NCBI GenBank assembly: GCA_946965045.2
Contig: OX337242.1
Location: 2,790,001 to 2,854,000 of the forward strand
Length of the DNA: 64,000 nt
Reading direction: 5' to 3'
Source of the DNA: Epithemia pelagica
Lineage: Eukaryota; Protista; Bacillariophyta
Under the pieces are notes generated by a model, which saw nothing but the letters and a program-made list of their open reading frames with translations, had not been told where the DNA came from and ran no database searches. Positions 10,479-21,340 of the stretch are shown piece by piece (positions within the stretch are counted from its first letter, which is position 1; every line of letters starts with the position of its first letter). The translations under genes and the position numbers were made by a program.

Positions 10479-10564
10479 TCCATCTTGCCGATGAACGTTC
10501 CTCTCTTCGTGATCGCTCCTATCATGTACTCTTGTTCGTCCTCTTGCTGCTTTGTCTCCTCAAA

Positions 10565-11390
10565 TGCAGGCGTCTGCTGCTATAATGCAACAAGGAAGCG
10601 AGTCAGAATGAGATGAATGACATCATGTTCCTTCTGGTCCATCATGTCGTCGGATTCTCGTCTCTGTGTAGTTGTGCATGTGACCTTGGTTCCGTCACCA
10701 CTCCGCCACGACAATCTTTGTACCTCGAACTAATAAGCAGCAGAATCAGAAAGCGACAACAAGCAGCACGAACTCATCCAACAAAGCCTTGTCACGAGCA
10801 GGACAGGAATGATGATTGCTTGTTCATTGTCGAGACTGGCTTTTCTTGTTTGTAGTGAAATCCTCATCTAGTTTGGCTCTATTTTGGCTGTAGGTCGTTT
10901 TGCCGGAACCGGACACACAAAACTCTTGTACGTTCTCGACGCCAGGTGGATCCAAGCGACGACTCCCCCGGTCCACTTTTGGTTCCTTAAACTCTTTTGG
11001 TTTCCAATCAAGACGACAACATCACCCATTGGCAAAATGTAGCAGCCACCGGTCCTGAGACCCACCTTGGCGAACGGAGGCCATTGAGCCAGTGCGATAT
11101 GCGTCTGCCACAATCTTTGGACCACATGCGCGAGCATTACTGACAACTGGCGAAGACGGCACGAGACGGTTTTGGCTCTCCCAAAAAGATGATTGATGGA
11201 GTTGGTATCAATAATGGCATAGGGGACCAACCTTTGCGATCCAACCACATCCATGTGACATTTTCGAAAGCGATCCAAAGAAGACGAATGCAGGCGTCTG
11301 CTGCTAATGCAGCACGGGAAGCGAGTCACAATGGGATGAATGACATCATGCTCCTTCTGGTCCATCATGTCGTCGGATTCTAGTTTTTGT
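10565..11390. repeat. Pair of ~100-bp direct repeats (10565-10665 and 11285-11390) upstream of the kelch gene
   Basis: GAATGACATCATG[TC]TCCTTCTGGTCCATCATGTCGTCGGATTC occurs twice. The same pair is seen inverted at ~34880/35620 and ~45845/46560; one copy remains at ~19500. Confidence 0.8.
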
Positions 11391-11814
11391 GTAGTTGTAC
11401 TTGTGGCCTTGCTTCCTTCACTATATGATGCCCACTCGCATCAAGAAGATAACTTTTTCGGTTCATTGCATCAAAAGAAGACCACTCTCTCTGTTGTTGT
11501 TGTTGTCGTCGTTGTGAACAGACTGTATAGGACCAAGGGAATTATGGTGTTCCATCAATGGCGTGGACGAGATGACTTGGAAATTAGGGATTGTCGATCG
11601 GTGGACCTCTTCATCATACAAAAGGACCTCTTATGTCGTCGTATCTTGCGCAGCACAGAAGATACTTTTGGGGGCTTGTCATGAATTCTATGTGCGATGG
11701 AATGCCCTTCACCATCGTACGCAGGACAGGCACACCTTTTCCACACGCGGCAAAGCTTCCACGCGTTGCTCACAAATACTTCTCGTGCCGCAATTTCTTG
11801 TCAGCGCCGTGACC

Positions 11815-13035
11815 ATGACAAGAACACTGAAAGAACGGGCATGGCAGTCGGGCCTTGTTCTTTTGGAAGAGACAGCACAATGGAACTTCGGGGACTGGCC
11901 TCCTCTCCAGGGTGGATATCGTTATGATCATGCTTCGGTCGTACTGGATCATCCCGATACGGAAAACGATAGCAACAATAACAGGGGGCAGACGGTCGTC
12001 GTGTTGGGAGGATGGCAACAAGGCCAAGGTACCACGGATTCAGTTCTTGTATTGAATCTGTCAGACCCAGACAAGCAATGGCGAGAAGGACCACCCATGA
12101 GCAAGAAACGTGACGATCATGCCGCTGTTGTTTGCAATGGCAGCGTGTACGTGATGGGAGGATACAGGCGAGGACCTTTGGATTGTATTGAACGAATTGA
12201 TGGCAATGATTTGCTTCGATCATCCTTAACAACCACCACCACTCAGGATAGTCATTGGACAACATTGACATGTCGCTTATCAATGGGACGATCAGGATGT
12301 TGTGCTGTCGCGGTTCACAACCGATACATCGTTGTAATGGGTGGCTATTACAACGATCAATTTTTGTCGTCAGTGGATATTATTGATACCAACAATCACA
12401 TTGTCACTGCTGGACCATCCATGGCTGTTCCTCGACAATTATGTGCCAGTGCGGTTATTGGTCACCGCATCTTTGTCGTTGGAGGCCGTAATGAGCATGG
12501 CAATCTTGACTTGGTGGAGTATTTGGACGGCACAACACCCTTTGACAGTGATGAGACAGAAAAGGAAACTGGCTCGACGTTCATTTTTTTCTCACCCACC
12601 TGGACCACTCATTCTGATTTGGTGCTTTCCAATGCACGAAGGTCTTGTGCTGTGGTTGCCGTGGGATCTTGTCTGGTGGTGGCGGGAGGACGAGCCGATT
12701 CAACCGTGCAAGTCTTAGATACGCGCCGCAACCACGTGTGGAATCTCCCACCATTCGCAAATTACCGCAGTGGTTGCAGTATGGTGACTGTTGCCAACCA
12801 TGTTGCCGTGATTGGTGGATCTCAGAACCCTACCTGTGCGACATTACCACTACTGGACAAGCATACGTGGTGTTTTCGTCGACTCTGTGAGCAGCAACTT
12901 AACGGATGGCATCATTTTCGGGAAGGAATGGGCATCGGAGATGCTCATTTTTCCCCCTTCACTTCCTCGACAACAGCTCGTAAACGCGCAAGGTCCAAGA
13001 CGCACCGTGGTGATGACGGGAAGGATGGAACTTGA
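11815..13035 (+). CDS. Kelch-repeat beta-propeller protein, copy 1 (~406 aa)
   Basis: Six kelch blades (VVVLGG, VYVMGG, IVVMGG, IFVVGG, LVVAGG, VAVIGG, with R-x2-H/C-A-A/S-V-V starts). ATG 11815 (MTRTLKERAW) is conserved in all four copies. Confidence 0.9.
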   Translation: MTRTLKERAWQSGLVLLEETAQWNFGDWPPLQGGYRYDHASVVLDHPDTENDSNNNRGQTVVVLGGWQQGQGTTDSVLVLNLSDPDKQWREGPPMSKKRDDHAAVVCNGSVYVMGGYRRGPLDCIERIDGNDLLRSSLTTTTTQDSHWTTLTCRLSMGRSGCCAVAVHNRYIVVMGGYYNDQFLSSVDIIDTNNHIVTAGPSMAVPRQLCASAVIGHRIFVVGGRNEHGNLDLVEYLDGTTPFDSDETEKETGSTFIFFSPTWTTHSDLVLSNARRSCAVVAVGSCLVVAGGRADSTVQVLDTRRNHVWNLPPFANYRSGCSMVTVANHVAVIGGSQNPTCATLPLLDKHTWCFRRLCEQQLNGWHHFREGMGIGDAHFSPFTSSTTARKRARSKTHRGDDGKDGT

Positions 13036-13270
13036 AATTTGCAACGTATTGCAGTATGTCCTAACATTAGCGGAACTCTAGAGCATTATCATTTTACTGA
13101 ACAACTTGGGGCTTATGTGAGATGGGAGTGAAAACTGGATGTCCTCATAAAAATAAACATAGTCTACCCATTACGGAGCCCAGTCGTCCTTTCGGTACAT
13201 AGCCTCCACAAGAGAAAACCAAAAGGGAAAATGCTATAGTGTTGTACTCTAACTGCCCCATAAAAATATC

Positions 13271-14740
13271 ATGGGCCTTTTTGGAAGTTTGAGTCACAAT
13301 GGACAATTGGCATCTCACAATGATCCAATGATGATGCCCTGGTTGTGGCAATTTTCCAAACGGCCGACCCTCCTCATCGTGGCACTCCTCACGACTACGA
13401 CTATTCTCATCAATCTATATGTCGGTGTCCATGTGGAGTCTAGTATACTAGTGGATTCTTCCCGAACCAAATTTGGTATTCCATCCGTCGGTTTCGTCCA
13501 ACACAACGAAAAAGGAGCAGGACGGACTCGATCCAAGTTGAATCTCCACTCCTCGACGAATCGCACCGTTCCAGTGCCGTTTACAAGGAAGGATCCTTTG
13601 GTGGGAAGGATCCACTCCCACAACAGCAACCACTCGAGCACAACCACGAGCCAACCCGTCTCGATTGGATCCTCGCCCCCTTCCTCCTCCTCTGTTTCCA
13701 TTCCTCCAATTTCACCGCCTCTTACGACCATGACGACACGTCACGGGATTCCCAAAATCCTGTGGTTGTATTGGGATCGCGGATTGGACCATTTGGCGCA
13801 TATGGGGACACGCCACAAGAACAAATATCAGGCCGACTATGCCTGCGTCCAAGCCTGGCAACTCTTGCATCCCACGTGGGATGTTCGCATCCTCGATCGG
13901 ACCACAGCCATGACCTTGGCGCCCAATTTTGCTCAATTGGCCCGCCTTGCTCGCATCAACGACCATGGCAACAACAAACGAACCAACAATGAGACACGCA
14001 TTTGCACCGTCAAACTGGGCAACTTGTTGCGCACCGAACTCTTGGCCTTGTACGGGGGTGTCTATGCCGATACCTCGATATGTCCCCTGCGACCCTTGGA
14101 TGACTATGTGGACCACTTGATTCCAAGTCGACACGTTGACTTTTTTGTGCCCCCCTTTTTCAGCAAGGCGGGCGGCCTGACCCATACGCAACTCCAACAG
14201 TACAATACCTGTCATGTGCGAGACAGCCGCTCGGAAACGACCAAAACCCACCAACAAATGAGCCAGGACCGCATGCTGGACAATTATTTCCTGGTATCAA
14301 AACCCCACAGTCTCGTGATGCAACGGTGGATGCACGCCTATACCCAGCACCTGGAGCACATGGTACAAACCACGTCGAACCAGACCGATCTTTGCACCAA
14401 AATGCCCTATTTTATTCACCAATGCCTCTTTACGTTGCAAGTGTTAAAGGACGCCAAATTTGAAGCGGCCTGGGTCCAGTTTCGACACGCATCGAGTCCC
14501 CACAATGGCTATTGGCAAACGGGAAACACGTCTGGCATGTGTTATGGGGCCAGTCCCCGCGATAAGCGGGCACGTCGAGATGTGCAGCACGTCCGGACCC
14601 ACTGTTTTTGGATCAAAAAGCCACGAGGCCCGGTATCGAAGTATGTCCAATCTCCCGCCTATCTCCACGACATGGCAGCCGTCCTTCGGGCACATCACAC
14701 GAACCAAACTCGTCTTGGATCCAATTATGACTCGTCATAA
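13271..14740 (+). CDS. DXD glycosyltransferase, GT32/capsular polysaccharide synthesis-like, type II membrane
   Basis: N-terminal signal anchor and S/P/T stem, then IPKILWLYWDRG and LLRTELLALYGGVYADTSICPLRPLD. Confidence 0.8.
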   Translation: MGLFGSLSHNGQLASHNDPMMMPWLWQFSKRPTLLIVALLTTTTILINLYVGVHVESSILVDSSRTKFGIPSVGFVQHNEKGAGRTRSKLNLHSSTNRTVPVPFTRKDPLVGRIHSHNSNHSSTTTSQPVSIGSSPPSSSSVSIPPISPPLTTMTTRHGIPKILWLYWDRGLDHLAHMGTRHKNKYQADYACVQAWQLLHPTWDVRILDRTTAMTLAPNFAQLARLARINDHGNNKRTNNETRICTVKLGNLLRTELLALYGGVYADTSICPLRPLDDYVDHLIPSRHVDFFVPPFFSKAGGLTHTQLQQYNTCHVRDSRSETTKTHQQMSQDRMLDNYFLVSKPHSLVMQRWMHAYTQHLEHMVQTTSNQTDLCTKMPYFIHQCLFTLQVLKDAKFEAAWVQFRHASSPHNGYWQTGNTSGMCYGASPRDKRARRDVQHVRTHCFWIKKPRGPVSKYVQSPAYLHDMAAVLRAHHTNQTRLGSNYDSS

Positions 14741-14903
14741 TATAACACGCACACGCATAGAAAATATATGGTTTGGTTCGAATTGCGTAGGACCGTGCGA
14801 TGTTCTAGGTAGGTACCACTGCGACCACTCGTGCCGCAACCCCGAGTCGTAGTTCATGGATCCAAAATGGATACACTACAACAAGGCATCCGAACTGGAT
14901 ACA

Positions 14904-16562
14904 CTACAACAAGGCATTGGATTGTTGTTGCAAGGATTTCCCAGTCATGGTTCCGGACGGAGAAACGAGTTGGTGGCAAAACTCTCGCCGGGGAGAATCC
15001 CGCACCGAGGGATCCAGGGCCAAAAAGGTACAGTTTTGTTCCACCAAGCCGCCCCCAGCGACGGACGAGTCCAAGTTGTCCTTGCGGTTGTTTGGAGTAT
15101 TCGTTGGATGGTACTGAAACCAGGTAGATGCGGAAGCCTGGTCTCCCATGGTTTCCGTCAAATAGTACCAGCGCACCGTCGAGGCATTGCCCAACAAGCC
15201 CGCCAGTTGGGCAAACGTCGATTGGGCCACACCCACCAATGTGGCTTTCGTCGACAGGGCCAAACAAAAGTCTTGAATGCCCGATTGATTTTGAATCACT
15301 CGTACCTTCCATCCCTGGTCTGTTAACGCTTGCGCATAGGGCGTCGCTGTGCTCGGATACCGACTAATGATGGCCATTCGGTGACTACTACTGGCAGCAC
15401 TGTGGGTGTGATTGGTGTTGTCGTTGTTGCTCTCCATTGGAGATTGGGACACGTTTGACGTTGGCGGTGGACCAAACAAGTACTGAGCGGTATCGTTGGG
15501 TGTCAGTTCCCGATAGCGCTTTTTTGGGTTGGATAGGTTGATTCGTTCAAATTCCGTCACAAAGTTGCGAAAATGAAAGACCGTCTCATTGTCATTGGGT
15601 CGCTGGGCACAACACGACGGATCAATGCGGAACCAGTGCCGAAGATCGTAGTACAACTCTTGATCTTGCAAAATAACAGAGGGGGACAGGAATTTGGACA
15701 CGGAGAGAAAGGGGATCGAGTAGGGATTGTCGTCGGGAACCGAGGATGGCAAGGGAACGTCGTGGGTAGCCTTGTTTCTTTGCATTCCACGTGAGCGCTC
15801 TTGTTGTTGTTGTTGTTGTTGTTGAGCCTCGTATTGTTCCTTCAACAAGTCTCGCAGCAAGTGAATTTGAGAAGGTGTTTTCACATTGTACAACTCTTTG
15901 ACGCCCTTGTTTCGTCCCGAGAGCCACTTGGTTTGCGCCTCTTGAATCGGCCCAAAGTGTTCCGAGTCATTGTCCGAACCGACAAAGTCCATGGTCCGCA
16001 CTCCCGGAAAGCACTGGGGGAGAACCTTGTGGGCCTTGTGTGCCAGGACGCGAATGGACAGACCGGGCACGGCCGCTTCCAGAGTGCGTTGAATCTGCCG
16101 CGCATGCGCCAAAAACAGGAGCTGATTGTTCATTTGGCCTTTCATGCGAACGACCATGGTCAAGGTTCGATGGAACCACGGAGTCGACTCGTTGCCCGTC
16201 GTGGAGGAGAAACTGCTGTTGGTCGATTGCTGGATGATGGTTCCTCGTTCGTCTTGTTGTTTCTTGGTGGCCGGAATGTTGTGATTCGATTGGACCAAAG
16301 GATGTGTCAGTTGTTGTTCTCCTCGTTTGGATGGTTGGACATAGATTCGCAGGTCCATGTTAACATATCCGTACAACTCCAACAGCAAGAACAATGCCGC
16401 CACCGACACCACCACCAATGCTGCTTTTCGTACGGCTGCTGGTAGAGAAACTCGTCGCTGCCCTTGTTGTTGTGGTGTGGTACTACCAGGAGTTTTTGGA
16501 TTCTGTGGTTGCGACCAACGATGCCGCATTTGAGAGGACGCGGAGAATGGGAAGGACGACAT
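14904..16562 (-). CDS. GT11-like (alpha-1,2-fucosyltransferase-like) type II membrane protein, copy 1
   Basis: Signal anchor; KGQMNNQLLFLA (~GxLGNQMFQYA), VFHFRNF (~VHVRRGDY) and DFCLA...AQSTFAQLAGLL (~NSTFSWWGAWL). Confidence 0.6.
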   Translation of the reverse strand: MSSFPFSASSQMRHRWSQPQNPKTPGSTTPQQQGQRRVSLPAAVRKAALVVVSVAALFLLLELYGYVNMDLRIYVQPSKRGEQQLTHPLVQSNHNIPATKKQQDERGTIIQQSTNSSFSSTTGNESTPWFHRTLTMVVRMKGQMNNQLLFLAHARQIQRTLEAAVPGLSIRVLAHKAHKVLPQCFPGVRTMDFVGSDNDSEHFGPIQEAQTKWLSGRNKGVKELYNVKTPSQIHLLRDLLKEQYEAQQQQQQQQERSRGMQRNKATHDVPLPSSVPDDNPYSIPFLSVSKFLSPSVILQDQELYYDLRHWFRIDPSCCAQRPNDNETVFHFRNFVTEFERINLSNPKKRYRELTPNDTAQYLFGPPPTSNVSQSPMESNNDNTNHTHSAASSSHRMAIISRYPSTATPYAQALTDQGWKVRVIQNQSGIQDFCLALSTKATLVGVAQSTFAQLAGLLGNASTVRWYYLTETMGDQASASTWFQYHPTNTPNNRKDNLDSSVAGGGLVEQNCTFLALDPSVRDSPRREFCHQLVSPSGTMTGKSLQQQSNALL

Positions 16563-16639
16563 GGCCCTGTGGAACAGAGAATCACACAGTGTGGATGATC
16601 ATTCCAAAAGTCGTGTCGTCTCGTCAAGCTGAGTGGGTA

Positions 16640-16770
16640 CATGAGGCCAATCCTTTACCATCTGCAAAACAAAAGTTGAAGCATGACACGTCGGAAAAAT
16701 GACGTCAAATCCGGGTTGGACGATGCTATGCTGACGTATTGGGGCTTTCTGATTGGCCTCGTTATCCGGA
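16640..16770. promoter_or_regulatory. Putative bidirectional promoter with CCAAT boxes and TGACGTCA/TGACGT sites; empty site for both TE insertions
   Basis: GGCCAATC ~16645, TGACGTCA 16700-16707, TGACGT 16732-16737 and GATTGGC ~16751. It lies between the divergent GT11 start and a GT32-like remnant, and is conserved at 23760-23873 and 43252-43340. Confidence 0.45.
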
Positions 16771-17104
16771 TAGCGGCTTGGCGGAGCCAACAAGGGGAAC
16801 CACACATCGCCCGCCTCGCCAGTAAAAGCACCAAACCGTCGCCCCGCTCGCAGCCAGGCGAACCACCATCTAGCCATCACACATCTCACCACCCTGCTCT
16901 CCGAAACAACAAAAAAGGTCCGCATCGAACACAGCGGTAGCAGATGTCCACAACAAACAACACACCATCGCCACCCAACAGCAACACCACACGTCTATCC
17001 AGCACGACGAAAAGCGCACGGACCTTCGTCCCAGCAGCGCCACCTCGCCTCTTTTATTGGGCACCAACAACCATCCAAACGAGTAGTATTGTAGTCACCT
17101 TTTG

Positions 17105-17340
17105 TGTAGTACCGAAATGCCGGAATGGATTCACCAATGCCTCCTCTTGACACTCCAAGTGCTGCACCAGGACCCCGAGTTGAAAGAGGCTGGGTCCACC
17201 TTTTGACAATACTTGGAGTCCCACAATGGATTTTGGCAAACCGGCCACACGGCGGGAATGTGTTGTGGGGCGAGTCCAGTCCCAGAGATGAGAGTGCGCG
17301 GAACGTGCACCACGGATTTGACTCTGTGTGTTTGGAGGCC
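17105..17340 (+). pseudogene. 3' fragment of a GT32 paralogue (copy A)
   Basis: CSTEMPEWIHQCLLLTLQVL...F*QYLESHNGFWQTGHTAGMCCGASP aligns with the GT32 C-terminus; TGA at 17204-17206. Confidence 0.75.
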
Positions 17341-17802
17341 CGGTATCGGACCAGAAGCCAGGACGGATCCCCATAACAATTACAACAACCAGACCGCATT
17401 TGTTCTTGTCACACTGGACAAAAGAAGAATGACATACTCTCAACGACAACTTTCATCGCAACAAACTAGAAATCGTACCTTGGTTTTTGATTCGCAACAG
17501 GAGGCGTAGTGCAACAAAGAACAACAACAAAAAAGAAGAGCACTAGGAACGAGAATCCTCCCCTCCAGTATTGACCAACTAGTAGAGATCAGGATTCACG
17601 CCAACAACAAAAGACCAGACCAATCTCTTTGTTTTGTGGCACCGCATTGCAGTCGGGTCGCCAATTATGTGGTCGCAATGGCATGAAGAACAATTATGTG
17701 GTCGCAATGGCATGAAGAAAACAATACAATTACTGTTTGAGAGTAAAATGATAATGCTAGAGTTCCGCTAATGTTAGGACATACTGCAATACGTTGCAAA
17801 TT

Positions 17803-19023
17803 TCAAGTTCCATCCTTCCCGTCATCACCACGGTGCGTCTTGGACCTTGCGCGTTTACAAGCTGTTGTCGAGGAAGTAAAGGGGGAAAAATGAGCATCTC
17901 CGATGCCCATTCCTTCCCGAAAATGATGCCATCCGTTAAGTTGCTGCTCACAGAGTCGACGAAAACACCACGTATGCTTGTCCAGTAGTGGTAATGTCGC
18001 ACAGGTAGGGTTCTGAGATCCACAAATCACGGCAACATGGTTGGCAACAGTCACCATACTGCAACCACTGCGGTAATTTGCAAATGGTGGGAGATTCCAC
18101 ACGTGGTTGCGGTGCGTATCCAAGACTTGCACGGTTGAATCGGCTCGTCCTCCCGCCACCACCAGACAAGATCCTACGGCAACCACAGCACAAGACCTTC
18201 GTGCATTGGAAAGCACCACATCAGAATGAGTGGTCCAGGTGGGTGAGAAAATAATTGACGTCGAGCCAGTTTCCTTTTCTGTCTCATCACTGTCACAGGG
18301 TGTTGTGCCGTCCAAATACTCCACCAAGTCAAGATTGCCATGCTCATTACGGCCTCCAATGACAAAGATGCGGTGACCAATAACCGCACTGGCACATAAT
18401 TGTCGAGGAACAGCCATGGATGGTCCAGCAGTGACAATGTGATTGTTGGTATCAATTATATCCACTGACGACAAAAATTGATGGTTGTAATAGCCACCCA
18501 TTACAACCATGTATCGGTTGTGAACCGCGACAGCACAACATCCTGATCGCCCCATTGATAAGCGACATGTCAATGTTGTCCAATGACTATCCTGAGTGGT
18601 GTTGGTTGTTAAGGATGATCGAAGCAAATCATTGCCATCAATTCGTTCAATACAATCCAAAGGTCCTCGCCTGTATCCTCCCATCACGTACACGCTGCCA
18701 TTGCAAGCAACAGCGGCATGATCGTCACGTTTCTTGCTCATGGGTGGTCCTTCTCGCCATTGCTTGTCTGGGTCTGACAGATTCAATACAAGAACTGAAT
18801 CCGTGGTACCTTGGCCTTGTTGCCATCCTCCCAACACGACGACCGTCTGCCCCCTGCTATTGTTGCTATCGTTTTCCGTATCGGGATGGTCCAGTACGAC
18901 CGAAGCATGATCCAAACGCCATCCACCCTGGAGAGGAGGCCAGTCCTCGAAGTTCCATTGTGCTGTCTCTTCCAAAAGAACAAGGCCCGACTGCCATGCC
19001 CGTTCTTTCAGTGTTCTTGTCAT
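17803..19023 (-). CDS. Kelch-repeat protein, copy 2
   Basis: Intact ORF, near-identical to copy 1; the last blade has GG>CG (VAVICGS). Confidence 0.9.
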   Translation of the reverse strand: MTRTLKERAWQSGLVLLEETAQWNFEDWPPLQGGWRLDHASVVLDHPDTENDSNNSRGQTVVVLGGWQQGQGTTDSVLVLNLSDPDKQWREGPPMSKKRDDHAAVACNGSVYVMGGYRRGPLDCIERIDGNDLLRSSLTTNTTQDSHWTTLTCRLSMGRSGCCAVAVHNRYMVVMGGYYNHQFLSSVDIIDTNNHIVTAGPSMAVPRQLCASAVIGHRIFVIGGRNEHGNLDLVEYLDGTTPCDSDETEKETGSTSIIFSPTWTTHSDVVLSNARRSCAVVAVGSCLVVAGGRADSTVQVLDTHRNHVWNLPPFANYRSGCSMVTVANHVAVICGSQNPTCATLPLLDKHTWCFRRLCEQQLNGWHHFREGMGIGDAHFSPFTSSTTACKRARSKTHRGDDGKDGT

Positions 19024-19879
19024 GGTCACGGCGCTTTACAACGACGACAAGAAATGGCGGCACGAGAAGTATTTGTAATTTGTAATAGAGCAACGCGTGG
19101 AGCGTGGAAGCTTTGCCGGAGAAAAGGTGTGCCTGTCCTGCGTACGATGGTGAAGGGCAATCCATCGCACATAGAATTCATGACAAGCCCCCAAAAGTAT
19201 CTTCTGTAAGGAGGGACGAGAAAAGAGAGCGACATTTGTGATGAAGAGGTCCTTTTGTATGATGAATAGGTCCACAGATCGACAATCCCTAATTTCCAAG
19301 TCATCTCGTCCCACGCCATTTATGGAACACCATAATTCCCTTGGTCCTATACAGTCTGTTCACAACGACGACAACAACAACAACAGAGAGAGTGGTCTTC
19401 GTTTGATGCAATGAACAGAAAAAGTGTTCTTCTTGATGCGAGTGCGCATCATATAGTGAAGGAAGCAAGACCACAAGTACAACTACACAAAAACAAGAAT
19501 CCGACGACATGATGGACCAGAAGGAACATGATGTCATTCATCCCATTCTGACTCGCTTCCCGTGCTGCATTAGCAGCAGACGCCTGCATTCGTCTTCTTT
19601 GGATCGCTTTCGAAAATGTCACATGGATGTGGTTGGATCGCAAGGGTTGGTCCCCTATGCCATTATTGATACCAACTCCATCAATCATCTTTTTTGGAGA
19701 GCCAAAACCGTCTCGTGCCGTCTTCGCCAGTTGTCAGCAATGCTCGCGCATGTGGTCCAATGATTGTGGCAGACGCATATCGCACTGGCTCAATGGCCTC
19801 CGTTCGCCAAGGTGGGTCTCAGGACCGGTGGCTGCTACATTTTGCCAATGGGTGATGTTGTCGTCTTGATTGAAAACCA

Positions 19880-20230
19880 CCGTTGGCATTACCCAGATTA
19901 CCAATGTGGGTCTCAAAGCCTTGTCAAGAGCACTGGACGATGAAGATTGTGTCATTGTACTCTTCATGATGAGGGTGACATTCGAGAATGGCTGTGGCAC
20001 TGCGAGATAAGTTACGGTGGTGTATATGTTAGGTCGGAAATACCAACGGACCGACGATTATATGAAACAGGTTTCGGAAGCATTGGACAAGAATGTGGAT
20101 TGACATACTTTGGATATGCGGTACAGGAAGGTATTCCATACAGAACTAAACTTTTTGGCAAGACAATGAAAACCATAAAAAGGTCAACCATTAATATGTA
20201 TGGATCCAATTTAGGAGTAATTCTCTAATG
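19880..20230 (+). pseudogene. Decayed LRR-like fragment (copy 2, internally deleted upstream)
   Basis: Homologous to 10164-10478 and 46740-47205. Confidence 0.3.
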
Positions 20231-20511
20231 ACGAAATGTGGCCTGTAGTACAACGGCTATTGATGATGGAAGCAACTTCTGCCCCAGACATGGTGATAGC
20301 GCGCGTGTGCGTTTGTGTTTGTTCGAATGCAATGCAACGCCGCATGGGGAGAATCCAAACAATGAGAGGAAGCGAGCCAGAAGAAGGAGAATCCAAACCA
20401 CTTTTATTCTAGTAGCGGAGAAGGGCCCTGAGGAGTCTTGTGTGCTATGTTCCGATAGATAGATCGAGCTTACTGAATGCCACAGTCACGAGCTCCTCGT
20501 AATCCACGAGG

Positions 20512-21340
20512 TCATTCATCGTCGTCATCGTCATCATCATCATCGCTGTCCACATCGTCGTCGTCGTCATCATCATCATCACCGCTGTCCACATGTGCCT
20601 GCAAGACGGGGCAAAACCACTCATCGCTGGGCAAACGCGAGCACGAAACGACGCCGTTGGTACCACCCATCTTTTCCGGAGGCACGTCGAATTCGTCGGG
20701 GAGGAGCGGAGCTCGGACGATGGACCCATTGAGGTATCCGGCCACGAGCCATTTCCCATACATGGCGTGGGCCACCGGTCCTCCATTCCCTTGGCCGTCG
20801 TCTCTATCTGTTATCCAAAACCCAATATCATCATCCGGTACCTCATTGCTTTCTAACGAGAAACCGCCACTCTCAAAGGCTCCGAGACGACGCTTTTTTC
20901 GTTTCGGTGGGAAACCAGCAAAAGGAGGAAATTCCACTTTTCCCAGTGCTAGCTGTCGTGCCAATTGTTGCCGAGTGGCCGCATCCTCGTCGTCGTCGCC
21001 ATGTCGCTCGCCGAAAAACAGTCGACGATTGCCATCGCGTTTGTCCAGGCGCGCATCGGAACAGACGGACTCAATATCGAACAGCCAGCAATTGTGGTCG
21101 ACTTCATTCGACAGAGCGACTTTGCCCCCCGACATTGCCATGGACCCGTGGGAGCCACTGTCTTCATGGTACCTGGCACCCACACGGGCGTACCCCTCCA
21201 TGCTCAACGAGACCTTGCCGCGGCGACGATTCTGATTCACCTTGACAGCGGCAATTCGATCGGCGCTGTTGTCAAAGAACAGCACACAACGTCCCGAGAT
21301 GCTAATGCCGGAAATATCTTCGAGTCGATATTTTCGTTGC
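20512..21340 (-). pseudogene. 3' fragment of the pRiA4b-ORF3/propeller gene
   Basis: KYRLEDISGISISGRCVLFFD...acidic tail, near-identical to the end of the 47470 gene; the 5' part is lost at a junction near 21341. Confidence 0.85.

Noticed and set aside
11563-11814. Longer kelch N-terminus (MDEMTWK...) from the ORF track
   Set aside because: The extension is broken by indels in copies 2 and 4; conservation starts at MTRTLKERAW.
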